Positions 16,187 to 24,145 are shown, numbered from the stretch's first letter. The stretch: 32,000 nucleotides of DNA from Fimbriiglobus ruber (GCF_002197845.1 NZ_NIDE01000020.1:139460-171459), one strand, 5' to 3'. Program-made: numbers and translations. The notes: generated by a model from the letters alone, not told the origin.

Positions 16187-16639
16187 GTGAACGAAGAGGC
16201 CGCGTTCAACGCGTGGCTCGACGCCAACCCGCACGACTCGGTGGCCCGGGGCGCGTACGCCGACTGGCTCCGGGAACAGGATGACCCGAGATGCGACTGG
16301 TACGAGCTGGCAAGTCGGACAGGGCGGGTGCCGACAAACAGCGGGCACAAACCTTCCGTTTGGTTTCGCTGGTATTGGTTGGAAATCATGGCAGAGTCGC
16401 CACTGTTTAAATTCGTTGAACACTGCAGGCTGCCTTGGGAATTTCTGCAAAATGACCAAATTCATCTGAGCACTTTTATTTCTCGTCAAGCCGCGGAAGA
16501 CGCCTGTGCCAACGCCTTCGCCTCCCTCCCCGCCGAGGGCCAGGCCGCCGTGGAAGCGGAGATTCGGGGTATTGGGAGCGGACGCGGGGAACTCAGGGGG
16601 TGCAGACGTGAGCGAATAGGAGCGGCTACCACTGACTGA
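16187..16639 (+). CDS. TIGR02996-domain protein (about 150 aa), second paralogue in the element
   Basis: NEEAAFNAWLDANPHDSVARGAYADWLREQDDPR matches the TIGR02996 pattern. I chose the GTG at 16187 because GC3 bias begins there and family members start just before this motif. The ORF-track start is 16106. The 3' end overlaps phoH convergently by 14 nt. Confidence 0.7.
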   Translation: MNEEAAFNAWLDANPHDSVARGAYADWLREQDDPRCDWYELASRTGRVPTNSGHKPSVWFRWYWLEIMAESPLFKFVEHCRLPWEFLQNDQIHLSTFISRQAAEDACANAFASLPAEGQAAVEAEIRGIGSGRGELRGCRRERIGAATTD

Positions 16640-17357
16640 CCACCTGCTGGACCAGCGGGCTCCGCACGATGTCCGCCGGTCCCAACCGCACGTGACCCAT
16701 GAGGCCGCCCCGCAGACGCTCCACGGCCCGCGGGAGGCCCGGCAACAACCTCGCGGGCAAGTCGGTTTGTTCCAGATCCCCGGTAACAATAACCCGCGTG
16801 CCGTCGCCGGGTCGCGTGAGCAGCATGAACATCTGCTGCTCCGTCGCGTTCTGCCCCTCGTCCAGAATCACGCACGCACCTCGCAGCGTCGACCCCCGCA
16901 GGTATTGGAGCGGGGAGATTATCACCTGCCGCGACTCAATCAGCCGGTCCATTGCCGCCCCCGTCTCATCTCCCAGATACTCGCAGAGGGCGTCGAGGAG
17001 CGGGGCGAAGTACGGGCCGACCTTCTCGCCGAGATCCCCCTTGTGGTAGCCCAATTCGCCGCCACACGTCACAGTTGGGCGGACGAGTACGATGCGGCGA
17101 ATCTCGCCCCGTTGGAGTTGCTGGAGGGCGTGCGATGCCGCAAGGAACGTCTTGCCCGTGCCGGCCGGTCCGGTGACGAATAGGAGTTGATAATCGGGGT
17201 TGCGGAGGGCGGCTAAATAGGGCCGTTGGCCGGGGGTTCGGGCCGTCAATTGCGGAAGTGGCTTTGGCTGAGCTGCGGGGGCGATTTTAGGGGCTTTTGA
17301 CTTCCGCGGTGGGCGGGGCATGGGTGGTCGCCGTGGGGTGGGCGGGACTCTCGACAC
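16626..17357 (-). CDS. phoH: PhoH-like ATPase (243 aa)
   Basis: Walker A FVTGPAGTGKT. RIVLVRPTVTCGGELGYHKGDLGEKVGPY. Walker B CVILDEGQN. Also VIVTGDLEQTDLP. Alternative start ATG at 17321. Confidence 0.9.
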   Translation of the reverse strand: MSRVPPTPRRPPMPRPPRKSKAPKIAPAAQPKPLPQLTARTPGQRPYLAALRNPDYQLLFVTGPAGTGKTFLAASHALQQLQRGEIRRIVLVRPTVTCGGELGYHKGDLGEKVGPYFAPLLDALCEYLGDETGAAMDRLIESRQVIISPLQYLRGSTLRGACVILDEGQNATEQQMFMLLTRPGDGTRVIVTGDLEQTDLPARLLPGLPRAVERLRGGLMGHVRLGPADIVRSPLVQQVVSQW

Positions 17358-17373
17358 GTCCGGCGGAGCGACG

Positions 17374-17592
17374 TCACTCTCTCCGATAAGCTGCTGCCGG
17401 CCCGCTCCACACCTCGCGGTACACCTTGACGCTCCCGCCCCGCCCGTTAACCCGCGAAGCCACGTATTCGGCCTGAGCCTTCGTGGGGCTCAGGCTCTCG
17501 GGGAAGCGGTCGTCTGGGCCGGGGCAGGTGAACGGCTCGCCGTGCTTGTCGGTGCCTTCGACGACCCACCGTTCGGCCGATTTCGGTCTCAT
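17374..17592 (-). CDS. Hypothetical protein (72 aa)
   Basis: The ATG at 17592 forms an ATGA overlap with the upstream gene. Sequence begins MRPKSAERWVVEGTDKHGEPFTCPGPDD... The longer ORF-track version (to 17784) is R/G-rich and overlaps. Confidence 0.65.
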   Translation of the reverse strand: MRPKSAERWVVEGTDKHGEPFTCPGPDDRFPESLSPTKAQAEYVASRVNGRGGSVKVYREVWSGPAAAYRRE

Positions 17593-17897
17593 GACTGTGA
17601 CCCCTCCCCACTCGTATCCTTTGCTGGCCCCGGCACCTCCGGCGGTCCGTCCATCCCGCTGATCCCGCCGCCCTGGACGAGCGTGCCGTCGTTGAAGTCC
17701 GCACTGGCGTTGCTGACGACGGGGAACGGTCCGTCGCCCGGCTGCTGAATGTCCGTGCCGATGCCGCCGATGGGAGGTGCCCAACCCCTCATGTCGAGCA
17801 TCTTCACGCCGGGCAGCAGCTTGTCGTCGTCAGCCGTGGCGACTGGCGTCAGGGTGATGACGGCGTGGCAGTGGGGGCAGCGGATGGAGTTGGGCAT
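17589..17897 (-). CDS. Hypothetical protein with an N-terminal CxxC (102 aa)
   Basis: ATG at 17897 preceded by GAGGTG. Sequence begins MPNSIRCPHCHAVITL... Confidence 0.65.
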   Translation of the reverse strand: MPNSIRCPHCHAVITLTPVATADDDKLLPGVKMLDMRGWAPPIGGIGTDIQQPGDGPFPVVSNASADFNDGTLVQGGGISGMDGPPEVPGPAKDTSGEGSQS

Positions 17898-17907
17898 GGC
17901 GGGCACC

Positions 17908-18069
17908 TCACTTGACCCCAAGAATAGACGTCACGCCCCGAACTAAGATCCAACACGTACCAATGAAAGTGCCGATCACCAACGCCGTCAGGGTCAACGA
18001 ACCCAGCAAGGCCACTAAGCACCCATGCGTACCATTGTGCTCGTAGATCTCGGCTGGCGTCTGGTCCAT
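17908..18069 (-). CDS. Small single-pass membrane protein (53 aa), below the ORF-track length cut-off
   Basis: My own translation is MDQTPAEIYEHNGTHGCLVALLGSLTLTALVIGTFIGTCWILVRGVTSILGVK. It contains one long hydrophobic helix and fills the gap between neighbouring genes. Confidence 0.5.
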   Translation of the reverse strand: MDQTPAEIYEHNGTHGCLVALLGSLTLTALVIGTFIGTCWILVRGVTSILGVK

Positions 18070-18079
18070 CCGCACCGGT

Positions 18080-18307
18080 CTACCCTCGCGCCAAGAACCC
18101 CTTCACCGCGACATTGATCGGCATCACTATCCCGTTTAATCGGCACGGCTCGTTGCCATCTCGCTGGCCGCCGAACTCCAGGGTCTTCACCGTGGCGCCG
18201 TCGATCCCGGGGCGGTGCGTGATCGTGAACGAGTCCTCGCCGTAGTAGCCGAGGTCGTTGGCCGCGGTGACGAAGGCGGTCAGCGGGACGATGAGGCGGT
18301 CTTCCAT
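18080..18307 (-). CDS. Hypothetical protein (75 aa)
   Basis: Very strong GC3 bias. No SD or motif recognised. Confidence 0.65.
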   Translation of the reverse strand: MEDRLIVPLTAFVTAANDLGYYGEDSFTITHRPGIDGATVKTLEFGGQRDGNEPCRLNGIVMPINVAVKGFLARG

Positions 18308-18325
18308 CGGAGGAGTCCTGTGGGG

Positions 18326-18988
18326 TTACGCGGCGGAGGTATCCATCGCGTTGACAATGGTCATCCCGTCCGGCCGAATCCGGATCACTTGGCCACGGAT
18401 CATGGTTCCGGATTCTCTGAACCCGTCGGCACGACTGTAAGTGATGCTCAGTACGTCGTCTTGCGCCTTGCCGAGCATTCCCATGATTTGGCCGTAATCC
18501 AGGAACAGGCTGTTCCATTTCACAAGGCGGCCGTTGAGCCGGATTTCATATTCTTGGGGCTTCGGAACGGCGGCCTGCATCACGGCACCCGGCATGGCGA
18601 CGCCTTCCAGTTTCGCGCTCAGCGACTGTCCGATGTCTGACCAGTCCACATATGGTCGCTTCCCGACAGCGTGAACTAGTGGGCACCCGTAAGCCGCATC
18701 GTCGATGTAAACTTGTGCGTACGCCTTCGGTGAGTCGGTCCAGGACTTTTGCAGCGGATTCACGTTGACCGCCCAGAACTCCAGGCCTTGTGACCGACAG
18801 TATTCGACTGCATCGCTAAGCGGGTTCGTACCGTCATCGCGACCGTCGCTCCGCATCGTCCACAAGATCAACGTGGCGCCCAGACTCTGGAGATGTAGGA
18901 GTGTTTCGATCGCCTTGGGAACGGGAGCCCCGACTCTTGGGAATTCGTGTTCCACGATTGTGCCGTCGAAATCAACGCAAATGATCAC
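18326..18988 (-). CDS. HAD-superfamily phosphatase domain fused to a C-terminal multiubiquitin-like beta-grasp domain
   Basis: IICVDFDGTIV carries the DxDxT nucleophile motif, followed by LILWTMRS and YIDDAA. The C-terminal EYEIRLNGRLVKWNSLFLDYGQIMGMLGKAQDDVLSITYSRADGFRESGTMIRGQVIRIRPDGMTIVNAMDTSAA fits the Multi_ubiq pattern (I.vNGr..w....isy.qi..la....y.vtY.r.....G.l..G..v.i.dGM.f.v..T..S). I prefer the GTG at 18988, because the ORF-track start at 19063 is a TTG inside a hairpin loop. Confidence 0.7.
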   Translation of the reverse strand: MIICVDFDGTIVEHEFPRVGAPVPKAIETLLHLQSLGATLILWTMRSDGRDDGTNPLSDAVEYCRSQGLEFWAVNVNPLQKSWTDSPKAYAQVYIDDAAYGCPLVHAVGKRPYVDWSDIGQSLSAKLEGVAMPGAVMQAAVPKPQEYEIRLNGRLVKWNSLFLDYGQIMGMLGKAQDDVLSITYSRADGFRESGTMIRGQVIRIRPDGMTIVNAMDTSAA

Positions 18989-19021
18989 GGGGTATTCCGG
19001 TAAGAGGTAAGGGGCAAGTTT

Positions 19022-19072
19022 GGGGAGCCTCCGTGCTCCCCGGGTCCGCGCCCCGGGCGACAAAGGGCGCGG
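19022..19072 (-). terminator. Two tandem GC-rich hairpins downstream of gene 19080-19391
   Basis: CCGCGCCC (19046-19053) pairs with GGGCGCGG (19065-19072). GGGGAGC (19022-19028) pairs with GCTCCCC (19035-19041). No U-tract follows. Confidence 0.35.
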
Positions 19073-19079
19073 GAGCGAA

Positions 19080-19391
19080 TCAGCTGCCTTCGAGTGCTTG
19101 GAAGTCGGCCAGCACCTTTGCGGCGTTGGCCCCTTCGGTGCCGATCGTTGCGAGGATCTGGGCCACGTTTTGCGACGTGATCGCCCCGTACACGGCTATC
19201 CCACCACCGATCAGTGCGGACACGTCGGCGGGAAGCGGGCTATCGCCGAGTTTCGTCAGGTCTGCCACGATCAGAGCGAACAGGCCGGCCGGGTCCGAAG
19301 CGTACTGACTGATGAGGGCCAGGACCGCCGACCAATTGAAGGTCGGGATGGTAAAGACGGTCAGGCTCGCGGGTAAAGCGGTCAGAGTCAC
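19080..19391 (-). CDS. Hydrophobic/membrane-associated protein (103 aa)
   Basis: GTG start. Hydrophobic segments LTVFTIPTFNWSAVLALI, AGLFALIVADL and ALIGGGIAVYGAI. Confidence 0.6.
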   Translation of the reverse strand: MTLTALPASLTVFTIPTFNWSAVLALISQYASDPAGLFALIVADLTKLGDSPLPADVSALIGGGIAVYGAITSQNVAQILATIGTEGANAAKVLADFQALEGS

Positions 19392-19434
19392 AGGTCAAGT
19401 CTCCGTTGAGTGAGTCGGGGTCAGGGGAGGAGGT

Positions 19435-19453
19435 GGCCCCCACGCAGGGGGCC
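19435..19453 (-). terminator. Perfect 7-bp hairpin immediately after the protease stop codon
   Basis: GGCCCCC (19435-19441) and GGGGGCC (19447-19453) with a 5-nt loop. No U-tract. Confidence 0.35.
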
Positions 19454-19460
19454 GGGGATG

Positions 19461-20651
19461 CTACGGCTTCAGGACCGGGGTGTACCCGCCCGGGACGGTC
19501 ACGGTTTTCTTGTCGAGGTCGATGGTGATGGACCCGGCGGCCGGGGTCGGCGGATTGGGAGCCGGGGGCACGGGTGGAACCGGCGGGGTAGGGCCGGGCG
19601 GCACAGGAGCCGTCCCGTTAATCTTCGCCCACGCCGCCGCGTAACCGATCTGGGCCGAGTTGCGGGCGATCCGCATGCAACCCTTCTCGCCCCAGGACTC
19701 GTTCCAATGGTTTTGCATGATCCAGCACGGAGGGGAAGTCGTATCGTCCCATCCGAGCAGGTTGACGGCGTGGTCCACGTCGCCAGCGGTCAGCGGCGGG
19801 CCGGTGAAAATCCCACTGGAGTAGGCCATGAAATTATCGTCTGCCGCCACGCAGACCGAGATTTGCCCATAGGCCAGAATCGCATCCTTGACGCTCTGCT
19901 CATCCGGAATCGTGGAATCGCTGCCGACGTACCCATGCGCATCGATCTTGTGGGTTCCTGCCGCCCCGCTGCACTGGCCGACCGCGCCGTTGTAGGGCGA
20001 CTGGGTCGCGTCGTTGTCGGTGTTCCCGAGCAACCATTCCATTACGTCGGACGGGAACCCACCGTCGCAACCGCCCGTGTTCGAACACGCCAGCGTGTGG
20101 GCGTAGGACCATGTCACCGTGTTCTTGACTCCGGCCTTCTTCTCAGCCGACATACAGGCCTTGTCTGCCGAGAAGTTGTAGCAGTCGCCGCACTGCATCT
20201 GATCATCAACATCTGTCGCAAAGCCGAGCGGCCGAATGTCGTATTGGGCTTGCGTGGCTCGCGGCAGGACGGGCCGGTAAGGGGCTTTCGCCTTGATCCG
20301 CTCGTGCAAGTTCGCGGGCAGTTTCAAGCCCTTGACGGACCTGGAAGCGGCCTTGAACGACTCCTTGCCGATCTGGTGGTTTGTGAACCCGGCCTTCAGG
20401 TGAATCTCGTGGCTCAGGGCTTCGAGCTGGGCCACCTTGTCGAACACGGGCGACCGCTTCGTCTTGAATTTGTGGCCGTTGGACTTCAGGTGGGCGTCGA
20501 TCGCCGCGAGGCGGGCATCGGCCGGATGAGTCTTCGCAGCGGCGGCCACGGCCGGAGGAGTCACCAGGTTGCTCACAGTCGCTGCGGACACCGCCGCAAT
20601 GACGACCGCGATCGCGCTGATGCCGATCAATAGGTAGGAAACTTTTCGCAA
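19461..20651 (-). CDS. Papain-family (peptidase C1) cysteine protease with an N-terminal signal anchor and a Pro-rich C-terminal linker
   Basis: DQMQCGDCYNFSA (Gln oxyanion residue plus catalytic Cys). GGCDGGF. DHAVNLLGWDD (catalytic His). WIMQNHWNESWGEKGCMRI (Asn/Trp). The N-terminus MRKVSYLLIGISAIAVVIAAVSAATVS is an Ala/Ser/Gly-rich helix. The tail contains PVPPGPTPPVPPVPPAPNPPTP. I chose the TTG at 20651 (GGAG 6 nt upstream, no overlap). The ORF-track start at 20762 overlaps the upstream gene by 82 nt. Confidence 0.85.
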   Translation of the reverse strand: MRKVSYLLIGISAIAVVIAAVSAATVSNLVTPPAVAAAAKTHPADARLAAIDAHLKSNGHKFKTKRSPVFDKVAQLEALSHEIHLKAGFTNHQIGKESFKAASRSVKGLKLPANLHERIKAKAPYRPVLPRATQAQYDIRPLGFATDVDDQMQCGDCYNFSADKACMSAEKKAGVKNTVTWSYAHTLACSNTGGCDGGFPSDVMEWLLGNTDNDATQSPYNGAVGQCSGAAGTHKIDAHGYVGSDSTIPDEQSVKDAILAYGQISVCVAADDNFMAYSSGIFTGPPLTAGDVDHAVNLLGWDDTTSPPCWIMQNHWNESWGEKGCMRIARNSAQIGYAAAWAKINGTAPVPPGPTPPVPPVPPAPNPPTPAAGSITIDLDKKTVTVPGGYTPVLKP

Positions 20652-20680
20652 AGTCGCACTCCGAACAGGTAAAGGGTCTC

Positions 20681-21127
20681 TCACTTTTTCGCCACCAACC
20701 GCGGCTTCCGCCGCTCCAACTCGTTCGGCACGTCGCTCGCGTATAGCGGCATGATCTGCCACAGTGGGATCTCGTCGGGGGTCAGCATCCCCGCCGCCCG
20801 CAACTCATCCTCAAGAACCCGCCGCCGGTCGCACGCATCCCAGAACCGCGTCGCATGTTCCGGGAGCCGTTCCCGCCCGCACATCGCCATCCATGCCGAC
20901 AACCGCACCCCGCCGTCTACGAGCCACGGGCACCGACCTGCCGCGATCCGCCCCGCCCGGTAGGCCCGCTCCGGGTCGTCGCTCACGTCCAACGCCGCGG
21001 CCAGGGTGCCCAGCGGGGAGGAGCGGAGGCGGGCGTCGGCCCGGTCCCTGACGGTCCAGTTGGGGGACGCGAGGGCGGAGAGGCTGGGGCCGTAGAGGAT
21101 GGCGAGGAGGAGGCGGGCGAGGATCAC
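20681..21127 (-). CDS. Secreted hypothetical protein (148 aa)
   Basis: The GTG at 21127 forms a GTGA overlap with the upstream stop. Signal-peptide-like MILARLLLAILYGPSLSALASP. Confidence 0.65.
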   Translation of the reverse strand: MILARLLLAILYGPSLSALASPNWTVRDRADARLRSSPLGTLAAALDVSDDPERAYRAGRIAAGRCPWLVDGGVRLSAWMAMCGRERLPEHATRFWDACDRRRVLEDELRAAGMLTPDEIPLWQIMPLYASDVPNELERRKPRLVAKK

Positions 21128-21519
21128 GCAACATCCCCCATGGCGTGAGACGGCCGGGTGGTTGCCCCGTACGCCGACGGTTGCCCCTCGCTCTTAACTT
21201 CGTAAAAGGCGAACGGCAGCCTGCCGGTGTGCTTAACGCTCTTGTCGGCGGTGCCCAGAATTATGGCCGAGCAGTCCCAAAAAGTCGGCCCGTGGTGCGG
21301 ACTCGTTGGGTCGTCATGGGCTGGGTCGTAGGCCAATCCCGCACCGCACGAGCAACGGCTGTGCGCCGCGTAGACGAGGCGATCCGCGAGGGGCTTCGCC
21401 TTCGTCTCGGCTTCCCGAATCGCAGTCGCCTTCTTCCGCAGTTCGGCAGCCTCAGCTTCCAACCCCTCGGCTGAAGCGATAAGAAATTCGTACCCTTGTT
21501 GCGGGCCAAGTTTTCCCAT
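21124..21519 (-). CDS. Hypothetical protein (131 aa)
   Basis: ATG at 21519 with AGGAG upstream. N-terminal coiled-coil-like segment, then HSRCSCG...FWDC. Confidence 0.65.
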   Translation of the reverse strand: MGKLGPQQGYEFLIASAEGLEAEAAELRKKATAIREAETKAKPLADRLVYAAHSRCSCGAGLAYDPAHDDPTSPHHGPTFWDCSAIILGTADKSVKHTGRLPFAFYEVKSEGQPSAYGATTRPSHAMGDVA

Positions 21520-21521
21520 GT

Positions 21522-21722
21522 CTATCGCTCCTGTTGGACGGCCCTGTAGAGGTTCGGCAGAGCCCTCCGGTAACCGACACACTCGTCGCAGTCTCTCGTA
21601 AACGTGTCGGCGTCGAAAGTTCCCGGCTCACCGCAAGACGGGCAGATGTCGTCACGGCCCGATTTGGACACCCAAATCCTGTTGCCGAAACAGTCGTCGA
21701 TTTGCTCGATGTCGCTGCTCAT
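21522..21722 (-). CDS. Small zinc-ribbon protein (66 aa)
   Basis: Contains CPSCG ... CDEC. ATGA-coupled start at 21719-21722. Confidence 0.65.
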   Translation of the reverse strand: MSSDIEQIDDCFGNRIWVSKSGRDDICPSCGEPGTFDADTFTRDCDECVGYRRALPNLYRAVQQER

Positions 21723-21976
21723 TTGTACCCCTTCGCCTTACGCCGTTTGGCCACCCGCTTCTCGAACGCCCGGCGATCCGACGCGTTGTGCGGCCGTCGC
21801 CTCAGTTCGAGCCGATCCCGAGCGTCCTGTTCGGCTTGCGTCTTGAGCGTCTGAAACTCCTCGAACCACCGCGGCCGGCAAACGAGATGCAGCGAACGTA
21901 TCCCGGCCTCGCTGTGAGGTGGGACACAGTCGGCACGGCCGCACAACGGGCAATACGTGACGGTCGTGCCTACCAT
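21719..21976 (-). CDS. Small Cys-containing basic protein (85 aa)
   Basis: ATG at 21976 with GGAGGTG upstream. MVGTTVTYCPLCGRADC..., then a lysine/arginine-rich C-terminus. Confidence 0.6.
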   Translation of the reverse strand: MVGTTVTYCPLCGRADCVPPHSEAGIRSLHLVCRPRWFEEFQTLKTQAEQDARDRLELRRRPHNASDRRAFEKRVAKRRKAKGYK

Positions 21977-22065
21977 CGTCGCCACCTCCGCCAGACCCAC
22001 CGCGCCCCGCACATCGCGAGGACGGTCAGAGCCCACACCGACGTCAGGGTGAGGAACAGGGTCAC
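21970..22065 (-). CDS. Possible 31-aa membrane peptide
   Basis: The GTG forms a GTGA overlap with the upstream stop. MTLFLTLTSVWALTVLAMCGARWVWRRWRRW is one TM helix followed by an Arg/Trp tail. It overlaps the next start by 7 nt. It is too short to be sure. Confidence 0.3.
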   Translation of the reverse strand: MTLFLTLTSVWALTVLAMCGARWVWRRWRRW

Positions 22066-22331
22066 CCGAAGCACACCGCGAGGTACGCGAGACAGCCGAG
22101 TACGATCGCCCAGACAAATGCCGGCCAGAAGTCTCGCCAAGGGAACGGCTCGGGGGCCGTGTCTCGCTGCGATTGCCGGGCCGATATCGCCATGAACCAG
22201 GCATCTAGCCTCTGCTGGCAGGCGGCGCACGTTCTGTCGAAATGGATGCCGCTAGCGTGGTGATCCCGGTGGCAACCACAGGGGTAATCCTCCGAGCGAA
22301 CGACCGCCCCCGGTGAAATTAGGACTGCCAT
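22062..22331 (-). CDS. Tail-anchored membrane protein with a Cys/His-rich N-terminus (89 aa)
   Basis: ATG at 22331 with GGAGGGA upstream. YPCGCHRDHH...CAAC, then a C-terminal TM helix FWPAFVWAIVLGCLAYLAVCF. Confidence 0.6.
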   Translation of the reverse strand: MAVLISPGAVVRSEDYPCGCHRDHHASGIHFDRTCAACQQRLDAWFMAISARQSQRDTAPEPFPWRDFWPAFVWAIVLGCLAYLAVCFG

Positions 22332-22399
22332 CACTTCCCTCCGAGTCGTGCCCGCAACTCCGCGATTTGCTCGCCCTGCGAGACCGTGGCCGCCGTTTC

Positions 22400-22846
22400 T
22401 TAGGGTCGCGGAATCATCACAGACCCCGCCCGCAACTCGCGGACGAGCGAGTCGATCGCGGCCCGCGTGTTGCCCATCTCGTGGACGATCTGGTCGTCCT
22501 TCACCTGGAGTGCCCGGGTGGCATCTGTCAGGGCTCGAATCTCCTCGCGGATGAGTTGCCGGTCCTCACGCGCGGCCGTCGACGCATCCCGCTGGTTCAT
22601 GAAGAACAAGCCGATGATCACCATCATCGCCGTGGCGTTCCCGATGGTCGCCATGAGTCCCTTCATGCCCATCCCGCCGAGTTCGCCGGCTACGCTTTTG
22701 GCCACGGCAACGCCCGTAGCGGTCCCCGTGGCAATCGCGGCCGTCATCGCGGTCCCCGGCTTAACTTGGTCGAGGGGTGGCCCGGTACGCCGGTCGGGGC
22801 CGCTGTACGGCTCGTGGGCGGCGGCGGTATCTGTGGCGGCACTCAT
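22400..22846 (-). CDS. Membrane protein with a C-terminal coiled coil (148 aa)
   Basis: ATG at 22846 with GGAG 8 nt upstream. Gly/Ala-rich hydrophobic segments (GLMATIGNATAMMVIIGLFFM) are followed by REDRQLIREEIRALTDATRALQVKDDQIV. Confidence 0.65.
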   Translation of the reverse strand: MSAATDTAAAHEPYSGPDRRTGPPLDQVKPGTAMTAAIATGTATGVAVAKSVAGELGGMGMKGLMATIGNATAMMVIIGLFFMNQRDASTAAREDRQLIREEIRALTDATRALQVKDDQIVHEMGNTRAAIDSLVRELRAGSVMIPRP

Positions 22847-22886
22847 TGGTGGGGCTCCGTCGTGTCGGGGCGAACTGGGCGGGTGC

Positions 22887-23435
22887 TTACTCCGAAACGA
22901 AGTCGGCTTTGACCGCCGCCCCGTCCTTGTCGGCCCGCGGGTACAGCGTGACTTCCAGAGACCGGACCGCTTGTGCCCCGGCAACTTCCGCCCGGGTGGC
23001 GGGCTTGCCGTTGAGCGTGATCTTCGACTCCGGATCTTTGAAAACGACGGGGAACGTCACCCCCTGATCCTGGTAGCTGAGGGTGAGCAGCAGGGTCGAT
23101 TGAAATGCGAAGTCGTTGACCACGACCATGCTAACAACCGTACCGTGCTCCTTGGGGCGAGGCATGGCCTTCGGGGCCGGCGAGGGCTGCACTGCATCGT
23201 GGATGAACTCCCACCGCCGCAATTCCTGGTGGAATCGGTAATGGCCCGTCACGCCCTTCGGGGGCACCGGCAGGGTCGACACGGCGGGGGCGGCCGGGTA
23301 CGCGACCTGATGGAAGGCCGGGGCGGCTGAGGGTGCGAATTGCGGGGCCGGACACCCGAGCGGGCCACATTGGGCCGAGGCGAGTCCGGCCGACGTCAGG
23401 GCGAGAATCGACGTGAGTAAAAGCTTCTTCCGCAT
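22887..23435 (-). CDS. Secreted protein (182 aa)
   Basis: GGGAGG upstream of the ATG. Signal peptide MRKKLLLTSILALTSAGLASA-QC. A Pro/Ala-rich linker is followed by a beta-rich domain. Confidence 0.75.
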   Translation of the reverse strand: MRKKLLLTSILALTSAGLASAQCGPLGCPAPQFAPSAAPAFHQVAYPAAPAVSTLPVPPKGVTGHYRFHQELRRWEFIHDAVQPSPAPKAMPRPKEHGTVVSMVVVNDFAFQSTLLLTLSYQDQGVTFPVVFKDPESKITLNGKPATRAEVAGAQAVRSLEVTLYPRADKDGAAVKADFVSE

Positions 23436-23479
23436 CTCTGCCTCCCGTTAGGGTGTCTCATCGTGGGCGACACCACCGC

Positions 23480-23506
23480 ACTCTACCGCGGCCCGTTGCC
23501 TGAGTG
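23480..23506 (-). promoter_or_regulatory. Candidate promoter CACTCAGGCAACG-N8-TAGAGT (read on the minus strand), 44 nt upstream of the ATG at 23435
   Basis: The motif lies at 23494-23506 and the hexamer at 23480-23485. The architecture and the spacing to the start codon match the site upstream of the sigma-factor gene. Confidence 0.5.
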
Positions 23507-23571
23507 AGTGCTTCTCCCCCGGCAGATCGCACCGGAAGGGGCTAACGGAGAAGGTGCGATGCGGCGGGGAA

Positions 23572-23790
23572 CTAGCCTTCGAGATTCGCTTGCACGAAGC
23601 ACGGGGCACAGATCGGCCGACCGTGGGTAAACGTCCACAGGAGTCCCACGACATCCTCACAGCCATGAAGCCGCCGTTCGGAGTCGCGTGAGACGAGATC
23701 GCCGCAGACGTGACAATTGCAGACGAGCAGGGCATCGGGGAGGAGGTCGAGCATGTCACCGTCGGTCAGGTCGGGCGGGTCGGAAGTCAT
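23572..23790 (-). CDS. Small Cys-rich protein (72 aa)
   Basis: Contains CNCHVCG ... C ... CAPC. ATGA-coupled start at 23787-23790. Confidence 0.6.
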   Translation of the reverse strand: MTSDPPDLTDGDMLDLLPDALLVCNCHVCGDLVSRDSERRLHGCEDVVGLLWTFTHGRPICAPCFVQANLEG

Positions 23791-24032
23791 TGCTGCCCCA
23801 GCGGGAAGGGTTCGGTGCCGTCGTCCACAGGCGCGTCAGTCCGGAGCGTCTTGTAGATCCATCCATACCCGTTGAGATGTTCGAGGCTGAAATCCGAGAG
23901 AAGTGGGTCGTCAGTCTCGCCCTGGATCGCGATCGCCATCACCGCCGGGTCGCCACGCCACGCTTCCCAGAACCTGACGTACCGCCAGGACGCAATGCTC
24001 AGAACCATGCGGTGGAACGCGGCGAGAGTCAC
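23787..24032 (-). CDS. Hypothetical protein (81 aa)
   Basis: The GTG at 24032 forms a GTGA overlap with the upstream stop. Confidence 0.55.
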   Translation of the reverse strand: MTLAAFHRMVLSIASWRYVRFWEAWRGDPAVMAIAIQGETDDPLLSDFSLEHLNGYGWIYKTLRTDAPVDDGTEPFPLGQQ

Positions 24033-24145
24033 GGGTGGGCACCCCGGAGGAGGAACAGGACGTACAGACTGAGGCCCATGATGGCGGCCAGAGCGCCGCC
24101 GGAAGCGACGACACCAAGCCAGAAGGCGAAGCGGGCACCGGCCAT
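24029..24145 (-). CDS. 38-aa hydrophobic peptide
   Basis: The ATG at 24145 overlaps the upstream stop (TGATG). Sequence MAGARFAFWLGVVASGGALAAIMGLSLYVLFLLRGAHP. Confidence 0.45.
   Translation of the reverse strand: MAGARFAFWLGVVASGGALAAIMGLSLYVLFLLRGAHP

Noticed and set aside
19399-19413. CCGTTGAGTGAGTCG, a degenerate relative of the 13-mer motif, upstream of gene 19080-19391
   Set aside because: It lacks 4 nt of the motif and has no TAGART hexamer. It is too weak to call as a fourth site and is mentioned only under the motif finding.
19410-20633. 407-aa plus-strand ORF opposite the protease gene
   Set aside because: It is antisense to a gene with a full papain-family catalytic signature, and its translation is Arg/Gly/Val-rich with no motifs.
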